A DNA stretch of 64,000 nucleotides from a virus (IMGVR_UViG_3300029705_000040:38209-102208), one strand, 5' to 3'. Shown: positions 28,527 through 38,688, counted from the first letter of the stretch. Notes: generated from the sequence alone by a model not told the origin. Made by a program: numbers and translations.

Positions 28527-28872
28527 TAGAATTACTGAACCAAATCAACCATTAAGCTTAGTAAGAAAAATTCCTCATGAAAATTATTATTACAGGCTTA
28601 TGCTTTTAGAAAATGAGATTGATAGTAACACTATACAGTATAGATAGAAAGCTGTTACACCTGCTTATTTAGAATACTCCAGTGATGGAAAATATTATTG
28701 CGTTTGTAAAGAATGCCGTTTCAAGCTTCCAATGAAATACAAAAGATTTTGTCCTAATTGTGGTGTACGGTTACGTGAGCCGGAAAAAGATATTGATGAG
28801 CAACTTTATGAGTCAAAAAGCATAGAAGAAACTACAGAAATAACTAGAAGAAGCGCTTTGTTTATACCTTAA
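28516..28872 (+). CDS. Zinc-ribbon protein with one in-frame TAG
   Basis: Frame open from ATG 28516 to TAA 28870 except TAG 28645; CVCKECRF...CPNCG. Confidence 0.5.
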
Positions 28873-28887
28873 TATGGAGAATTATTT

Positions 28888-29082
28888 ATGATAAAAGTAA
28901 AAATAATAGCTGCTCCACACAACACGCCTGAGCAACTGGAAGAAAATATAAATACAAAATTGAAAATCTTGCAAGAAGATCTTAAAGCTAAAATCATAGA
29001 CGTGCAATTTTCAAATTTTGAGGCTATGATAGTTTATGATGATAACACTAAAAAGAAGAAAGTTTTAAATGAGAAGGTTTAA
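28888..29082 (+). CDS. Hypothetical protein, 64 aa
   Basis: GGAG RBS. Confidence 0.5.
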   Translation: MIKVKIIAAPHNTPEQLEENINTKLKILQEDLKAKIIDVQFSNFEAMIVYDDNTKKKKVLNEKV

Positions 29083-29153
29083 TTCCTTCTCATTTTCCCT
29101 GTATAAAATAATGAAAACAGAAGTTTTCAAATAAAATTATAGCACGAGGTTTT

Positions 29154-29438
29154 ATGAAAATTATTGCTGGTGAAAATTGTACAGGTAAAACAAAACAACT
29201 AATTGAGTATTCTCTTGAGAATGACATTCCTATTTTAGCGTTCACACCATCTAAAGTGGATTCTTTAATTGAGAAATCTAAAGCTTATTTTGGAAGAATT
29301 GTGGATGTAATGTACTATAAAGATGCTTTCGATTATAGTGGAAAAGTACTTATTGATGATTTAGATGAAGTATTACCTGATATACTGCGCTTTATTTTAC
29401 CGAACGCTGATGTGGAGGGGTTTGTAGTAAATGTCTAA
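29154..29438 (+). CDS. Hypothetical protein, 94 aa
   Basis: GAGG RBS. Confidence 0.5.
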   Translation: MKIIAGENCTGKTKQLIEYSLENDIPILAFTPSKVDSLIEKSKAYFGRIVDVMYYKDAFDYSGKVLIDDLDEVLPDILRFILPNADVEGFVVNV

Positions 29439-29859
29439 CCCTATTTTTAAAATTAATGATTATGTATTTGTAAAAGGTGTAGAAAATCAAGGTTAGATAA
29501 CTGATGTCGTAGAAAATGCTGATAAAAGTTACGCTTATCGAGTACACTTCTTTTATGAAAATGGTCAATCATGTGGTTATTATTTGGAGGATAAGCTTAT
29601 GGGAGTAGAGCAACCACCTGTTTCAGAAAATAAAAAAGAAATGGTAAATCACCCTAACCATTACGCAAGTAATAAATTAGAATGTATAGAAGCTATGCGA
29701 GATATTTACGGTGACGAAGCGGTAAATACTTTCTGTATTCTAAATGCTTTTAAATATGTTTGGAGAGCTAATAAGAAAAATGGTCTAGAAGATCTTAAAA
29801 AAGCTAAATGGTATCTAGATTATTCTATAAATTTAAATGAAAATAAAGCAGAAGAATAA
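29431..29859 (+). CDS. DUF3310-like phage protein with N-terminal extension read through one TAG
   Basis: ATG 29431 is in frame with track ORF 29584-29859. Only internal stop is TAG 29494. The C-terminal HPNHYASNKLECIEAMRDIYGDE...NAFKYVWRANKKNG...KAKWYLD pattern is typical of DUF3310. Confidence 0.55.
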
Positions 29860-29875
29860 AAACTTCTGCTTTTTT
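29848..29875 (+). terminator. Rho-independent terminator
   Basis: GCAGAAG-aataaaaa-CTTCTGC followed by TTTTTT. Confidence 0.65.
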
Positions 29876-29889
29876 CTTTATATTTTTAG

Positions 29890-29918
29890 TTGATATTTTT
29901 AAAAATTTATTATATAAT
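29890..29918 (+). promoter_or_regulatory. sigma70-like promoter TTGATA-N17-TATAAT (copy 8)
   Basis: TTGATA 29890-29895, TATAAT 29913-29918. Confidence 0.5.
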
Positions 29919-29989
29919 ATATTTGCAATTATGAGATTATGCATTCTATAAATGGTATATATCTATATAAAATATTTTGGAGTACATAG

Positions 29990-30268
29990 ATGAAAGAATT
30001 TGATAATACAAATAGTATTGAAAGCATTTTAGCTAGCGCAAATGAAGGTGTTGGTGTAGAAAATATTCTAAAGGAAGCTCAAACTAACTTATACGCAGAT
30101 CTCAATTTCGGGACAAACAGATGGAAAAGTTGGTCTGGAAGCTGCCCTAAATGTGGTAGTTTAGATACAGAATATGACTCAGTTAACGTATTAACGTCTC
30201 TTCCACCTAAATATAACTGCAGATGTAAATCGTGTGAAAAATACCTGGTATGGATCAAAAAACTATGA
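29990..30268 (+). CDS. Zinc-ribbon protein, 92 aa
   Basis: CPKCG...CRCKSC. Confidence 0.5.
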   Translation: MKEFDNTNSIESILASANEGVGVENILKEAQTNLYADLNFGTNRWKSWSGSCPKCGSLDTEYDSVNVLTSLPPKYNCRCKSCEKYLVWIKKL

Positions 30269-30485
30269 TTTTCCTTCTTATGATGGAAATCTTCCATATC
30301 CATCTGGGAGAACTGGTTGGATTTGCCCTAAGTGTGGTAGAGGTATTTCACCAGATCTTAATGTTTGTCCATATTGTGATAGAAACAGCAATATTGTATA
30401 TTGCAATACTACTAATACATTAGATCAAGGATCTACTTATGCGAATATTAGCTTAAATAAGGTGAATCAAAATGAATTGTGCTAA
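30234..30485 (+). CDS. Zinc-ribbon protein, 83 aa (overlaps previous ORF by 35 nt)
   Basis: CPKCG...CPYC. Confidence 0.4.
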   Translation: MKNTWYGSKNYDFPSYDGNLPYPSGRTGWICPKCGRGISPDLNVCPYCDRNSNIVYCNTTNTLDQGSTYANISLNKVNQNELC

Positions 30486-30614
30486 TTGCTAGATTGCAGA
30501 AGATATGAAAAATAAGTTACTAGAGGAATCAGAATCAGTTTTTGATGCTGTTTATGATTATGAGAAGTTTATAGAAGAATGTAAGAAAAATTGTAAAAAG
30601 GAAAATAAATAATT

Positions 30615-31184
30615 ATGTATGTATATGGTTATGATGCTACGTTTGATGGATATTCTTCAGAAACACTTTCCGTCGATGTAGATTTGAAAATTAGAATGAG
30701 TTGCGCTGAGTTTAATGCTTTTACGAAAGTTAATCAATCAGGTGTTATTGATGAAAATGGACTTAAGAAAAGTTTGACTAATAACATGGATAATGCTTGC
30801 TCGAAACCTGTTAATCCTAGATTTGGTGGTGCATTCTTTATTGATGGAAAATATGTTTACATAAAAAATATTATTGTAAACAAGCCTGCAGTTGTTGTAT
30901 TCTGGAGCGATGGTACTAAAACTAAAGCTGTTTGTGATGAAAAAGATACTTTTGATCCTAATTTTGGTTTAACTTTAGCTACTTTAAAGAAATTTGCTGG
31001 ATCAGAAGCAACATCTAAATTATTCGAAGATTGGGGTTTAAATTCTAAAGAAGAAAAAGCTAATATAAGTCTTAAAGATCTTCGCAAAAAAGAAAAAGAA
31101 GCTAAGCAAGCAGAAAGCTTTATGGAAGGTCTCGCTAGATTTTCAGCTTTAGCAGCAGAAGTTTGCCCCGTACTTGAGGACTGA
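30615..31184 (+). CDS. Hypothetical protein, 189 aa
   Basis: ORF. Confidence 0.6.
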   Translation: MYVYGYDATFDGYSSETLSVDVDLKIRMSCAEFNAFTKVNQSGVIDENGLKKSLTNNMDNACSKPVNPRFGGAFFIDGKYVYIKNIIVNKPAVVVFWSDGTKTKAVCDEKDTFDPNFGLTLATLKKFAGSEATSKLFEDWGLNSKEEKANISLKDLRKKEKEAKQAESFMEGLARFSALAAEVCPVLED

Positions 31185-31186
31185 TC

Positions 31187-31360
31187 ATGATATTTCAATT
31201 AGGTGATGTTATCACAAATAAATTAAAACCTGGGCCTCATTTTATGATTACCGAAATCACAGATAAGGGTATTGCTGTAGGATTACAACTAGATGGCGAA
31301 GATGAGAATCAAAAAGTATATTTTTCTCTCGAAGACATGTGGGTATTTAAAAAAGTATAA
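31187..31360 (+). CDS. Hypothetical protein, 57 aa
   Basis: ORF. Confidence 0.4.
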   Translation: MIFQLGDVITNKLKPGPHFMITEITDKGIAVGLQLDGEDENQKVYFSLEDMWVFKKV

Positions 31361-31433
31361 AAATAATCAGGTTTATTCCTGTTAACATATATATAACATA
31401 TAAAAACAAAAAAGATTGGAGGTATTTTATTTT

Positions 31434-31556
31434 ATGTTGTATGGTATTTTAATTGCTGTAGTAACAATTGGGTTGCTAGTAGGTGGTATTGTTCTCGCTG
31501 TTCGAGGTTATGGTGATGGCAGTAATGGTAAACTTGCGAGTGGTGTGTGTGTGTGA
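31434..31556 (+). CDS. N-terminal transmembrane segment ORF ending in a (GT)6 repeat; probably the true 5' part of the SPFH gene
   Basis: GGAGG 31418 precedes ATG 31434; MLYGILIAVVTIGLLVGGIVLAV...; (GT)6 at 31543-31554; TGA 31554. Confidence 0.45.
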   Translation: MLYGILIAVVTIGLLVGGIVLAVRGYGDGSNGKLASGVCV

Positions 31557-32473
31557 GCATCGTCAGCTTTTTGCTGTTTTTAGCGTTACCGTTCAGTTTT
31601 CATACTATCGATTCTGGTGAAATCGCTGTTGTTAAGGAAATGGGTAAAATTATTGATACCCGAGAAGCTGGTACCCATTTCGATTTCTGGATGGTGCGTA
31701 CATATGATAAGTATGACACTAAAGTCAGACAAATTGACATAACGACAGCAGCATACACAGCTGGTGATAAAGCAACGAATGTCAATGAAGATAATAAAGT
31801 ATCAGCTACCAGTGAGACTAAAGCTCAACTTCAACCTATTGACTTACAACTGACAGTACATTATCAAATTAATAAAGAAGAAGTAAAAACTATTTCTTTA
31901 GATTACGGTAATTTATCAGCTTTAGAAGGTAGAATTTCAAGCGTTGTTACCGCAACAGTTAAAGAAGTAGTTAAGAAGTATGAAGCAGCTCAGCTTATTT
32001 CTGAGAGAGATATCTTAGCAACAGAAGTTCGAGAAGCTATTAACTCAGCTTTAGGTGAAAATTATCATGTAACGGTTAAAAACGTAGCTCTTACTAACAT
32101 TGATTTCTCTGATGCATTCGAACAATCTGTAGAACAATCGATGATTGCTCAGCAAGAATTAGTTAAGGCTGAAGCTGAAGCTAAAAAGCTCTTAATTGAT
32201 GCTGAAAATAAAGTTAAAATTGCTGAACAGGAAGCTGCTGCTAAAAAAGCTGCTGCTCAAGGTGAAGCAGAAGCTGTGAAGATTGCAGCAGAAGCAGAAG
32301 CTAATGCTTTGGCAACTATCCAATCAGCTTGGGATGCTATCGATCCAGCGGTCAAGGAAATCATGCTTAGAGAAATGGCTATTGAAAAATGGGATGGTAA
32401 ACTTCCTGACACTATGGTAGGTTCTGAATTCATTGAGTATCTTTTAGGTGCTCTTCAGAGTAGCGGTAATTAA
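31547..32473 (+). CDS. SPFH/band-7 (HflK/C-stomatin-like) membrane protein
   Basis: IDSGEIAVVKEMGKI..., Ala/Glu-rich coiled coil. No ATG start; the ORF begins with GTG inside the GT repeat, frame +2 relative to 31434. Confidence 0.7.
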   Translation: MCVSIVSFLLFLALPFSFHTIDSGEIAVVKEMGKIIDTREAGTHFDFWMVRTYDKYDTKVRQIDITTAAYTAGDKATNVNEDNKVSATSETKAQLQPIDLQLTVHYQINKEEVKTISLDYGNLSALEGRISSVVTATVKEVVKKYEAAQLISERDILATEVREAINSALGENYHVTVKNVALTNIDFSDAFEQSVEQSMIAQQELVKAEAEAKKLLIDAENKVKIAEQEAAAKKAAAQGEAEAVKIAAEAEANALATIQSAWDAIDPAVKEIMLREMAIEKWDGKLPDTMVGSEFIEYLLGALQSSGN

Positions 32474-32517
32474 AAAAAAAATATTTAAGAAAAATAAGTC
32501 TTCTAGGTTAAATCTAG

Positions 32518-32546
32518 TTGACTTATTTTTTATTTTATATTATAAT
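32518..32546 (+). promoter_or_regulatory. sigma70-like promoter TTGACT-N17-TATAAT (copy 9)
   Basis: TTGACT 32518-32523, TATAAT 32541-32546. Confidence 0.55.
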
Positions 32547-32646
32547 ATTAATGTAAAAATAATTTTTAACATAAGTCTTTTACTTTTAATTTAATGTAAG
32601 GGAAATATAATAAAATATAAAGGAAAAATACATAGAATTAACGATT

Positions 32647-33105
32647 ATGATTGTTTCAGATGTTATTGATAAAGTAATTCCAGAATTGCATGTAAAGTAT
32701 GATAAAGAAATACTTTTAACGTGCTTTAATATAGTTGAAACCGATATGGCTCTAAATTATTTTTTGCTCTTTGCGCAAGAAACTTTTGATGATGTATCAG
32801 AAGTGAAGTTCTCAGAGTTAAAACATAATATAACGTCCATAATTAAAGTAAACTGTAAGTATGTAGAAACCGAATATGGTATAAGAGCTAAAGGATCTGA
32901 TAAAATAAGCTATATAGAATATAGTTACTTACCTAAACCTAAAGGTTTTTACGATACATGTGAGTATAAAGAAGATTTATTAAATTGTTACATAAGTTGT
33001 ATTATATCTGAGTTTTTTGTTATGCAAGGCTTTTACGATGAAGCAGATTTATGGCAACGTAGATATAAAAAATATATTAAGGAATTTTGTGATGATCATG
33101 CTTGA
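32647..33105 (+). CDS. Hypothetical protein, 152 aa
   Basis: ORF. Confidence 0.55.
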   Translation: MIVSDVIDKVIPELHVKYDKEILLTCFNIVETDMALNYFLLFAQETFDDVSEVKFSELKHNITSIIKVNCKYVETEYGIRAKGSDKISYIEYSYLPKPKGFYDTCEYKEDLLNCYISCIISEFFVMQGFYDEADLWQRRYKKYIKEFCDDHA

Positions 33106-33349
33106 TTCTATGCTTTTTACTGATGTTTTTGAAAATTTAACTACTTTAATTAACACAAACGTAAAAGAAGTAAACCTTGATAAAGCTCAATATGCTTTAT
33201 CTAAAGAATATGATGAAATGGGTATTATGCACATTATTGTTTATCATGATGGTGAAAGGTTATATGGGGTAATTAATGGTTTTGAAACCTTGAAAGACCT
33301 TGCTTTATGTTTGGTGCAAATGAACACTTTATATTGTTGCTTGAGGTAA
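33092..33349 (+). CDS. Hypothetical protein
   Basis: AAGGA precedes ATG 33092. Confidence 0.45.
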   Translation: MIMLDSMLFTDVFENLTTLINTNVKEVNLDKAQYALSKEYDEMGIMHIIVYHDGERLYGVINGFETLKDLALCLVQMNTLYCCLR

Positions 33350-33355
33350 TTGAAA

Positions 33356-33697
33356 ATGAACGAAGATAAAATTAATTTAAAATTTGGTGTTGGAAAAGTT
33401 TTAATCGGTGTGCTTTGCAACAGTTTGCTTCTTGAAATATCAAAAAATTCAGTAGATGTTGGATCTAGAATGCCCTTAGATGCTGAAGTTATTGAGAAAT
33501 ACACATTACCTTTTTATAGTTTATCTGAAGTAAGTATGTTACAAAGCATGATAAGTGATGTATATAATGGTGTTGAGGTTGTTCGCTATAAAAACTTTAT
33601 TTTTGATTTTACTAATTATAATTTAGAATCAGTCAATATTTTTTATGAACAACTTACTCATGTAAAAGAAAATTTAATGCATTTAATTGCAGTATAA
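33356..33697 (+). CDS. Hypothetical protein
   Basis: GAGG precedes ATG 33356. Confidence 0.5.
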   Translation: MNEDKINLKFGVGKVLIGVLCNSLLLEISKNSVDVGSRMPLDAEVIEKYTLPFYSLSEVSMLQSMISDVYNGVEVVRYKNFIFDFTNYNLESVNIFYEQLTHVKENLMHLIAV

Positions 33698-33708
33698 TAG
33701 GTGAAATT

Positions 33709-34227
33709 ATGCAGGATTATAAAGATTACAATGAAAATTACTTTAGTGACTTAATTAAAAAAGCTAAAGCAGCTTTAGATAAAACAGTATCAAGCTTAGA
33801 TCATGAGTTACATCAAAATATTTGGGATATATATGCTGGTCTTTGCGGTTATCGACAAGCATATGTAGAATATTTCAAGAGTACGCAAGAGCTGAAAGAA
33901 AAGATTGAAAAATTAGAAGAAGAGCTTGCATTCTACAGGAAGCAAGAAATCTTCGATTCTGAGAAACATGATAAAGCGTTTAATGAGGGTGTAGAAAAAG
34001 GAAAAAATGTAGTTCTAGAAGCTCTAGCTGAGTATATTAAAACATACACACCTATTAAACCTGGAATGACTGTTCTAATAAAAGATTGTCCAGAATATAC
34101 TGGTTGCTTTGGAGAAGTTGTTATATATAACACTCAAGATGACAGTATTTTCGTAAAATTAAACCATACAGGTAAGCAGTTGCATTTATGGAAAAATCAG
34201 TACAGTATTTTAGATATGAAAATATGA
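33709..34227 (+). CDS. Hypothetical protein, 172 aa
   Basis: ORF. Confidence 0.55.
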   Translation: MQDYKDYNENYFSDLIKKAKAALDKTVSSLDHELHQNIWDIYAGLCGYRQAYVEYFKSTQELKEKIEKLEEELAFYRKQEIFDSEKHDKAFNEGVEKGKNVVLEALAEYIKTYTPIKPGMTVLIKDCPEYTGCFGEVVIYNTQDDSIFVKLNHTGKQLHLWKNQYSILDMKI

Positions 34228-34241
34228 GAGAGGAATAATCT

Positions 34242-34802
34242 ATGGATTGTATATATGAAACTTATGATGCAGAAGGTAAACACTGCTCTAAAAGCGGATT
34301 CGGACGCGGTGTAGGAAACAGATGTCACATGGATTACGCTAATTATTGCACCTGGTATACCCCAGAAAAACCTACTGTAATTGATAGCTTTCAAGGTAAT
34401 TATGCTTTCTTAAGCAACTTTTATGAAAATAGAGATCAATATGTAAAATGCGATCTAGGACTTAAATATAAATCAGTAGAAGCAGCATTTCAAGCGAGCA
34501 AAACACTTGATAAGAAAATGAGAAAAGTATTTACCGAATTAAGTCCTAGTGCAGCAAAATATCTTGGCCGACACATACAATTAAGAGAAGACTGGGAACA
34601 AATTAAAGATACGGTTATGTATCAACTTGTTATGTACAAGTTTACCCATTGTGAAGAAATAAGAGAATTATTATTAGAAACCGATGACATAGAGCTTGTG
34701 GAAGGTAATTGGTGGAATGATAAATACTGGGGAGTTTGTAATGGTGAGGGTCAAAATAAACTCGGTAAAATTCTAATGAAAGTGCGGGAGGAACTCAAGT
34801 AA
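34242..34802 (+). CDS. NADAR-domain (YbiA-like) protein
   Basis: FLSNFYEN...VEAAFQASK...VMYQLVMYKF...ELLLETDDIELVEGNWWNDKYWGVCNGEGQNKLGKILMKVR fits the YbiA/DUF1768 pattern. Confidence 0.7.
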   Translation: MDCIYETYDAEGKHCSKSGFGRGVGNRCHMDYANYCTWYTPEKPTVIDSFQGNYAFLSNFYENRDQYVKCDLGLKYKSVEAAFQASKTLDKKMRKVFTELSPSAAKYLGRHIQLREDWEQIKDTVMYQLVMYKFTHCEEIRELLLETDDIELVEGNWWNDKYWGVCNGEGQNKLGKILMKVREELK

Positions 34803-34978
34803 TGGAAGATCCTAGAATTGAAGAAATTAAAGATATTTTATACAAAAAATATATAACTAGTAGACAATACTGTGCTGATGTAGAAGTTAGCGCATGCAAC
34901 GCTTACGCTATGCTTTGCATGGCTCAAAACGGTGTATCTGATCCAATTATTAAAGTAATAGAAGAAGGTAATAAATAA
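34802..34978 (+). CDS. Hypothetical protein, 58 aa
   Basis: ORF. Confidence 0.4.
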   Translation: MEDPRIEEIKDILYKKYITSRQYCADVEVSACNAYAMLCMAQNGVSDPIIKVIEEGNK

Positions 34979-35565
34979 TGAAATATACATTTACTGTAAG
35001 TCCATTAAGCGAAGACTCCATGATAAAGGAAGCGCGTACTTTTGATTTTCAAAATGAACTTCAAGCACAAGCTGTTAAAGAAGCTTTTGATATTTGCAGA
35101 TATAAACTAGAAGCAGAAGTGTCTGATATACAGCAAGTTCTAGATGAAAAAGATAAAGTAAAATTTTTAGAAAGAATCAGTGTTAGCTTTGATGCAGAAA
35201 CAGATGGCGATTATGGCTTTAGAAATGATGATTTTTCTAAATATATGGAACGCATGTCAGGTAAAGATAAAGAATATTCTTATACTAAGCCACATTGCTT
35301 TAGTTTTTGTATTCGATATGTTTGCGATGGAAAAGCTAATGATTATGACGCCAAAATGCAGGCTAGAGACTTTATCGAAAATATCGTTAGACACATTGAC
35401 TTTGGTCACTTATACTTGATGAAACATTTCTATGATATGTATGACAAAGCTAGCAAATGGATTTTTAATAACACTTCTGAAAACGAATTTCACTGGAATT
35501 TAAGTGGTAATTACGAAGGTACAGAATTAAGAGTATATAGGGAATATATAGAATGTGCGAATTAA
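34978..35565 (+). CDS. Hypothetical protein, 195 aa
   Basis: ORF. Confidence 0.55.
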   Translation: MKYTFTVSPLSEDSMIKEARTFDFQNELQAQAVKEAFDICRYKLEAEVSDIQQVLDEKDKVKFLERISVSFDAETDGDYGFRNDDFSKYMERMSGKDKEYSYTKPHCFSFCIRYVCDGKANDYDAKMQARDFIENIVRHIDFGHLYLMKHFYDMYDKASKWIFNNTSENEFHWNLSGNYEGTELRVYREYIECAN

Positions 35566-35729
35566 ATCAAGATTGTTTTCTTTACTATAAAAAATGTGAC
35601 TTCTGTAATAGAGAATTTATTTATGATAATACAGTCATAAATAATGATAAAATAAACTGCCCATTCTGTAAAAAAGAATTGAAAGCAGAAAAATTATCTT
35701 TAAGTGAACTTTTTATTGAAATAGAATAA
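35553..35729 (+). CDS. Small zinc-ribbon protein
   Basis: CDFCN...CPFC. Confidence 0.4.
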   Translation: MCELNQDCFLYYKKCDFCNREFIYDNTVINNDKINCPFCKKELKAEKLSLSELFIEIE

Positions 35730-35754
35730 TTTTAATTATCAGGTTAAGATTTAG

Positions 35755-35783
35755 TTGATTTTAACCTGTTTTTATTATATAAT
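35755..35783 (+). promoter_or_regulatory. Promoter copy 10 (TTGATT-N17-TATAAT) within inverted repeat AGGTTAA/TTAACCT
   Basis: TTGATT 35755-35760, TATAAT 35778-35783. Confidence 0.55.
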
Positions 35784-35816
35784 AAATATATAGAAGTATA
35801 AAAGGTATTTTAATAT

Positions 35817-35975
35817 ATGCTAGATGACGAAGAATTATTAGGAAAAGAAGGAACATGCTCTTGCGGAGCACCTGGTCATTGGTGCTATAATCCTTATTGC
35901 GAAGAAATTTATGGACAATTGGTTCTTGATTGTTTGTGCGATATATGCTACAATCAGCTTTGTGATGATATTTAA
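35817..35975 (+). CDS. Small Cys-rich protein, 52 aa
   Basis: ORF. Confidence 0.4.
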   Translation: MLDDEELLGKEGTCSCGAPGHWCYNPYCEEIYGQLVLDCLCDICYNQLCDDI

Positions 35976-35992
35976 TATAGAGGTATTTAATT

Positions 35993-37072
35993 ATGCGAGT
36001 TTATAGACTTATGAAAAAGAATGCAAATAGTCCTAGCACAGAAGTATTTAAAACTTATGATTGCAGTGAGTTTGATCTTTATATAACAAAACAAATTTAT
36101 GCAGGAAATATTTCTTATGATCCTGCATGTTACTATCCGAGCAAAGAAAAGCAAGTAGATATGTTTTGCAAAGATTTATGGAAGGGCTACGAACATTTCG
36201 ATGGAATTGACCATGAGCATTGGATCGATATCCGAGACCTTGATCCAACTAAAAATAGAGATGATTACATAATGAGCGTCTTGCATGAGCATCATAAAGA
36301 AGCTAAAGAATTAGGCTATGAGGTTATGGTAACAATTTTGCAAGGCTCTCAAAATTATGGATTGGACATCTATAATGATTCTTATAAGTCTGATATTGAT
36401 TCTAAGGCTATTGTTATCCCTACTTTCGAAGATTTTGTTGTTGGTAGAAGTCCAGTAAGTCATACTCATGAGCGAGAAAATAAAGAGCATATTGATTTGA
36501 AAGATATTAGAATTATGTTTGATACTTTCAAAAAGCAGAATGTAAACTTTGTTGAAATTCTTTTTTCTGATTATTTTGTTGTTGAGCCTAAATATAAAGA
36601 CCTTTGGGAAGATTTGAGATCTTTAGCTGAAGAATTGGTGCATGCACATCCTTCTCAGACGGTAAAAACAATGAGTGGTATGAGCAAAGAAAAATATAAA
36701 GCTCTTAAACATCCATATCCCACAATTAAGTGGAAAATTGACAAATGGGGCTATGATGGAAAGCAATTACATCATATTATCCGTATAAATGATTTTATAA
36801 AAAGATATATTTATGGTTTAAGCTTTAAAGAAGCTATGCAGCCAACCGATCATATACGAGATATGCTTATCAAAGCAAAATTAAACGAGTATACGTTAGA
36901 AGAAGCCGAAGATTTGGCTAAGAAATTTGATGAGGAAACAAATCAAATTAAAGATGATTATATTAAATATCATGGCGAAAACATCACTAACGAAGCTGCT
37001 TATGATGCATTAAACAGTATTAAGGTTAAAATTTTGAAAAAATATTTTACGGAGCAACTATTAAATGATTGA
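35993..37072 (+). CDS. Hypothetical protein, 359 aa
   Basis: AGAGGT RBS. Confidence 0.65.
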   Translation: MRVYRLMKKNANSPSTEVFKTYDCSEFDLYITKQIYAGNISYDPACYYPSKEKQVDMFCKDLWKGYEHFDGIDHEHWIDIRDLDPTKNRDDYIMSVLHEHHKEAKELGYEVMVTILQGSQNYGLDIYNDSYKSDIDSKAIVIPTFEDFVVGRSPVSHTHERENKEHIDLKDIRIMFDTFKKQNVNFVEILFSDYFVVEPKYKDLWEDLRSLAEELVHAHPSQTVKTMSGMSKEKYKALKHPYPTIKWKIDKWGYDGKQLHHIIRINDFIKRYIYGLSFKEAMQPTDHIRDMLIKAKLNEYTLEEAEDLAKKFDEETNQIKDDYIKYHGENITNEAAYDALNSIKVKILKKYFTEQLLND

Positions 37073-37550
37073 TGAAAAATTTATTAAAGGCACTCAAAAG
37101 TTAATAAAAATACTCAAAAAATTAGAATATGCAGAAGATTTGGATGAGTCTACAATCGAAGCTTTGAATTTAGATATTGATTTCTGGGAAATTATTTCAT
37201 GGTCTAGATATTGCCTTGAAGAAACTCTAAAAGAAATTCTTTGGAAAAATACATCTAAAAGCACTATAAACGAAATAAAAGATAAAGTTTCTGAATTAAA
37301 AGCTTCTCAACCTGAAAATAGCGAATTATTTAATGATGTTGTTAGAGCTATAGAAGTTATGCAATGGACTGCTAAAAACTCACTTAAAGTTCACAAAAAA
37401 GAAAAACAAGAATTATGGAAAAAAGCTGTTACTACTGTATATAAAGATGCAAGAGCTTCTCACGATCTAGTGATGGGTGAAACTAAATATATATCTCTAA
37501 AAACATTAGGGGATATTCGAGATAAGCATTTAGGGGAAACTGTAAAATGA
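37065..37550 (+). CDS. Hypothetical protein, 161 aa
   Basis: Coupled ORF. Confidence 0.55.
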   Translation: MIDEKFIKGTQKLIKILKKLEYAEDLDESTIEALNLDIDFWEIISWSRYCLEETLKEILWKNTSKSTINEIKDKVSELKASQPENSELFNDVVRAIEVMQWTAKNSLKVHKKEKQELWKKAVTTVYKDARASHDLVMGETKYISLKTLGDIRDKHLGETVK

Positions 37551-37963
37551 AAAAGCGCAAGGTAGGGCCTAGTCAGTATTTTGTTTGTCACGATTCAAAA
37601 ATGTTCGAAGTATATAAAGATGAAAAACCAGGTTATTGGTGTTATTGGGCTCTTTATAGGGGTGTAGATAGAAAAGAATTCCTAATAAAGAAGAAAACCC
37701 TAAAAGAATGTTTAGAGTTTATTGAGTATGGCTACACACCTAAAAACATGGTTAAAATAGAGCAGATACCTAGACAACAGATAGATAAGAAATATCGCAG
37801 CAAAAGGACTGGAAACATTTGGTCTATAGATGATATTATCTATTCTACTGCTGATGGTAAGTGGAAAATAGAAGCTTCCTGGTATAATGATTCGATAGAC
37901 TCTGGTAATAATACTTTTACTAGCGATGAGTTTGAAATTGTTTTTGAGGAAATAGAGGAATAA
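37547..37963 (+). CDS. Hypothetical protein, 138 aa
   Basis: Coupled ORF. Confidence 0.55.
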   Translation: MKKRKVGPSQYFVCHDSKMFEVYKDEKPGYWCYWALYRGVDRKEFLIKKKTLKECLEFIEYGYTPKNMVKIEQIPRQQIDKKYRSKRTGNIWSIDDIIYSTADGKWKIEASWYNDSIDSGNNTFTSDEFEIVFEEIEE

Positions 37964-38688
37964 TGTCTTATAAGTTATATCTAGGCGACTGCTTAGAAAT
38001 TATGAAAGAAATTCCAGATAAATCTGTTGATCTTATTTGCTGTGACTTACCTTATGGTCAAACTAAAATGGAATGGGATAAAGTTATTCCTTTCGATAAG
38101 CTATGGGAACAATATAATAGAGTTTTGAAAGATAATTCTGTTGTATGTTTATTTTGTTCAGGCCTTTTTACATTAGATGTTATAAATAGCAACAGAAAAG
38201 ATTATAAATATAAACTTATTTGGAAGAAAAATGTTCCAACAGGAATGAGCTCAGCTAAATATAGACCTATGAAATATTATGAAGAAATTTGCATATTTCA
38301 AAAAGGTAAAGGTACATATAATCCACAGATGAAACCTAGAGTAGGTGTTGGAAAAGAATGTTATAATTACGATCATTATTGTGGTAAAAATAATCACATA
38401 CAGGTAGATAAAATTAAACGAAGATATGATCCAGATTTTGTACAGCCGAGTGATATTCTAGAATTTAATGTTGTTCCAAATAGAAAAGGTAAATTGCATC
38501 CTACAGAAAAGCCAGTGGCTCTTTTAGAATGGTTAATAAAGACATATAGCAATCCAGAAGGTGTTGTTTTAGATAATGCTATGGGGTCAGGATCTTGCGG
38601 AGTTGCTTGCAAAAACTTAAATAGAAAATTTATTGGTATAGAGTTTTGCGAAGATAGCTTTAAAATAGCGGAGGAAAGATTAAGATGA
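37963..38688 (+). CDS. DNA methyltransferase (N6-adenine/N4-cytosine, DPPY class)
   Basis: DLPYGQ motif and C-terminal AdoMet-binding region LDNAMGSGSCGVAC. Confidence 0.8.
   Translation: MSYKLYLGDCLEIMKEIPDKSVDLICCDLPYGQTKMEWDKVIPFDKLWEQYNRVLKDNSVVCLFCSGLFTLDVINSNRKDYKYKLIWKKNVPTGMSSAKYRPMKYYEEICIFQKGKGTYNPQMKPRVGVGKECYNYDHYCGKNNHIQVDKIKRRYDPDFVQPSDILEFNVVPNRKGKLHPTEKPVALLEWLIKTYSNPEGVVLDNAMGSGSCGVACKNLNRKFIGIEFCEDSFKIAEERLR

Noticed and set aside
29990-30485. Two overlapping zinc-ribbon ORFs (29990-30268, 30234-30485) as a single frameshifted gene
   Set aside because: No slippery or repeat sequence at the overlap, and each ORF has its own Cys4 ribbon; left as two genes.
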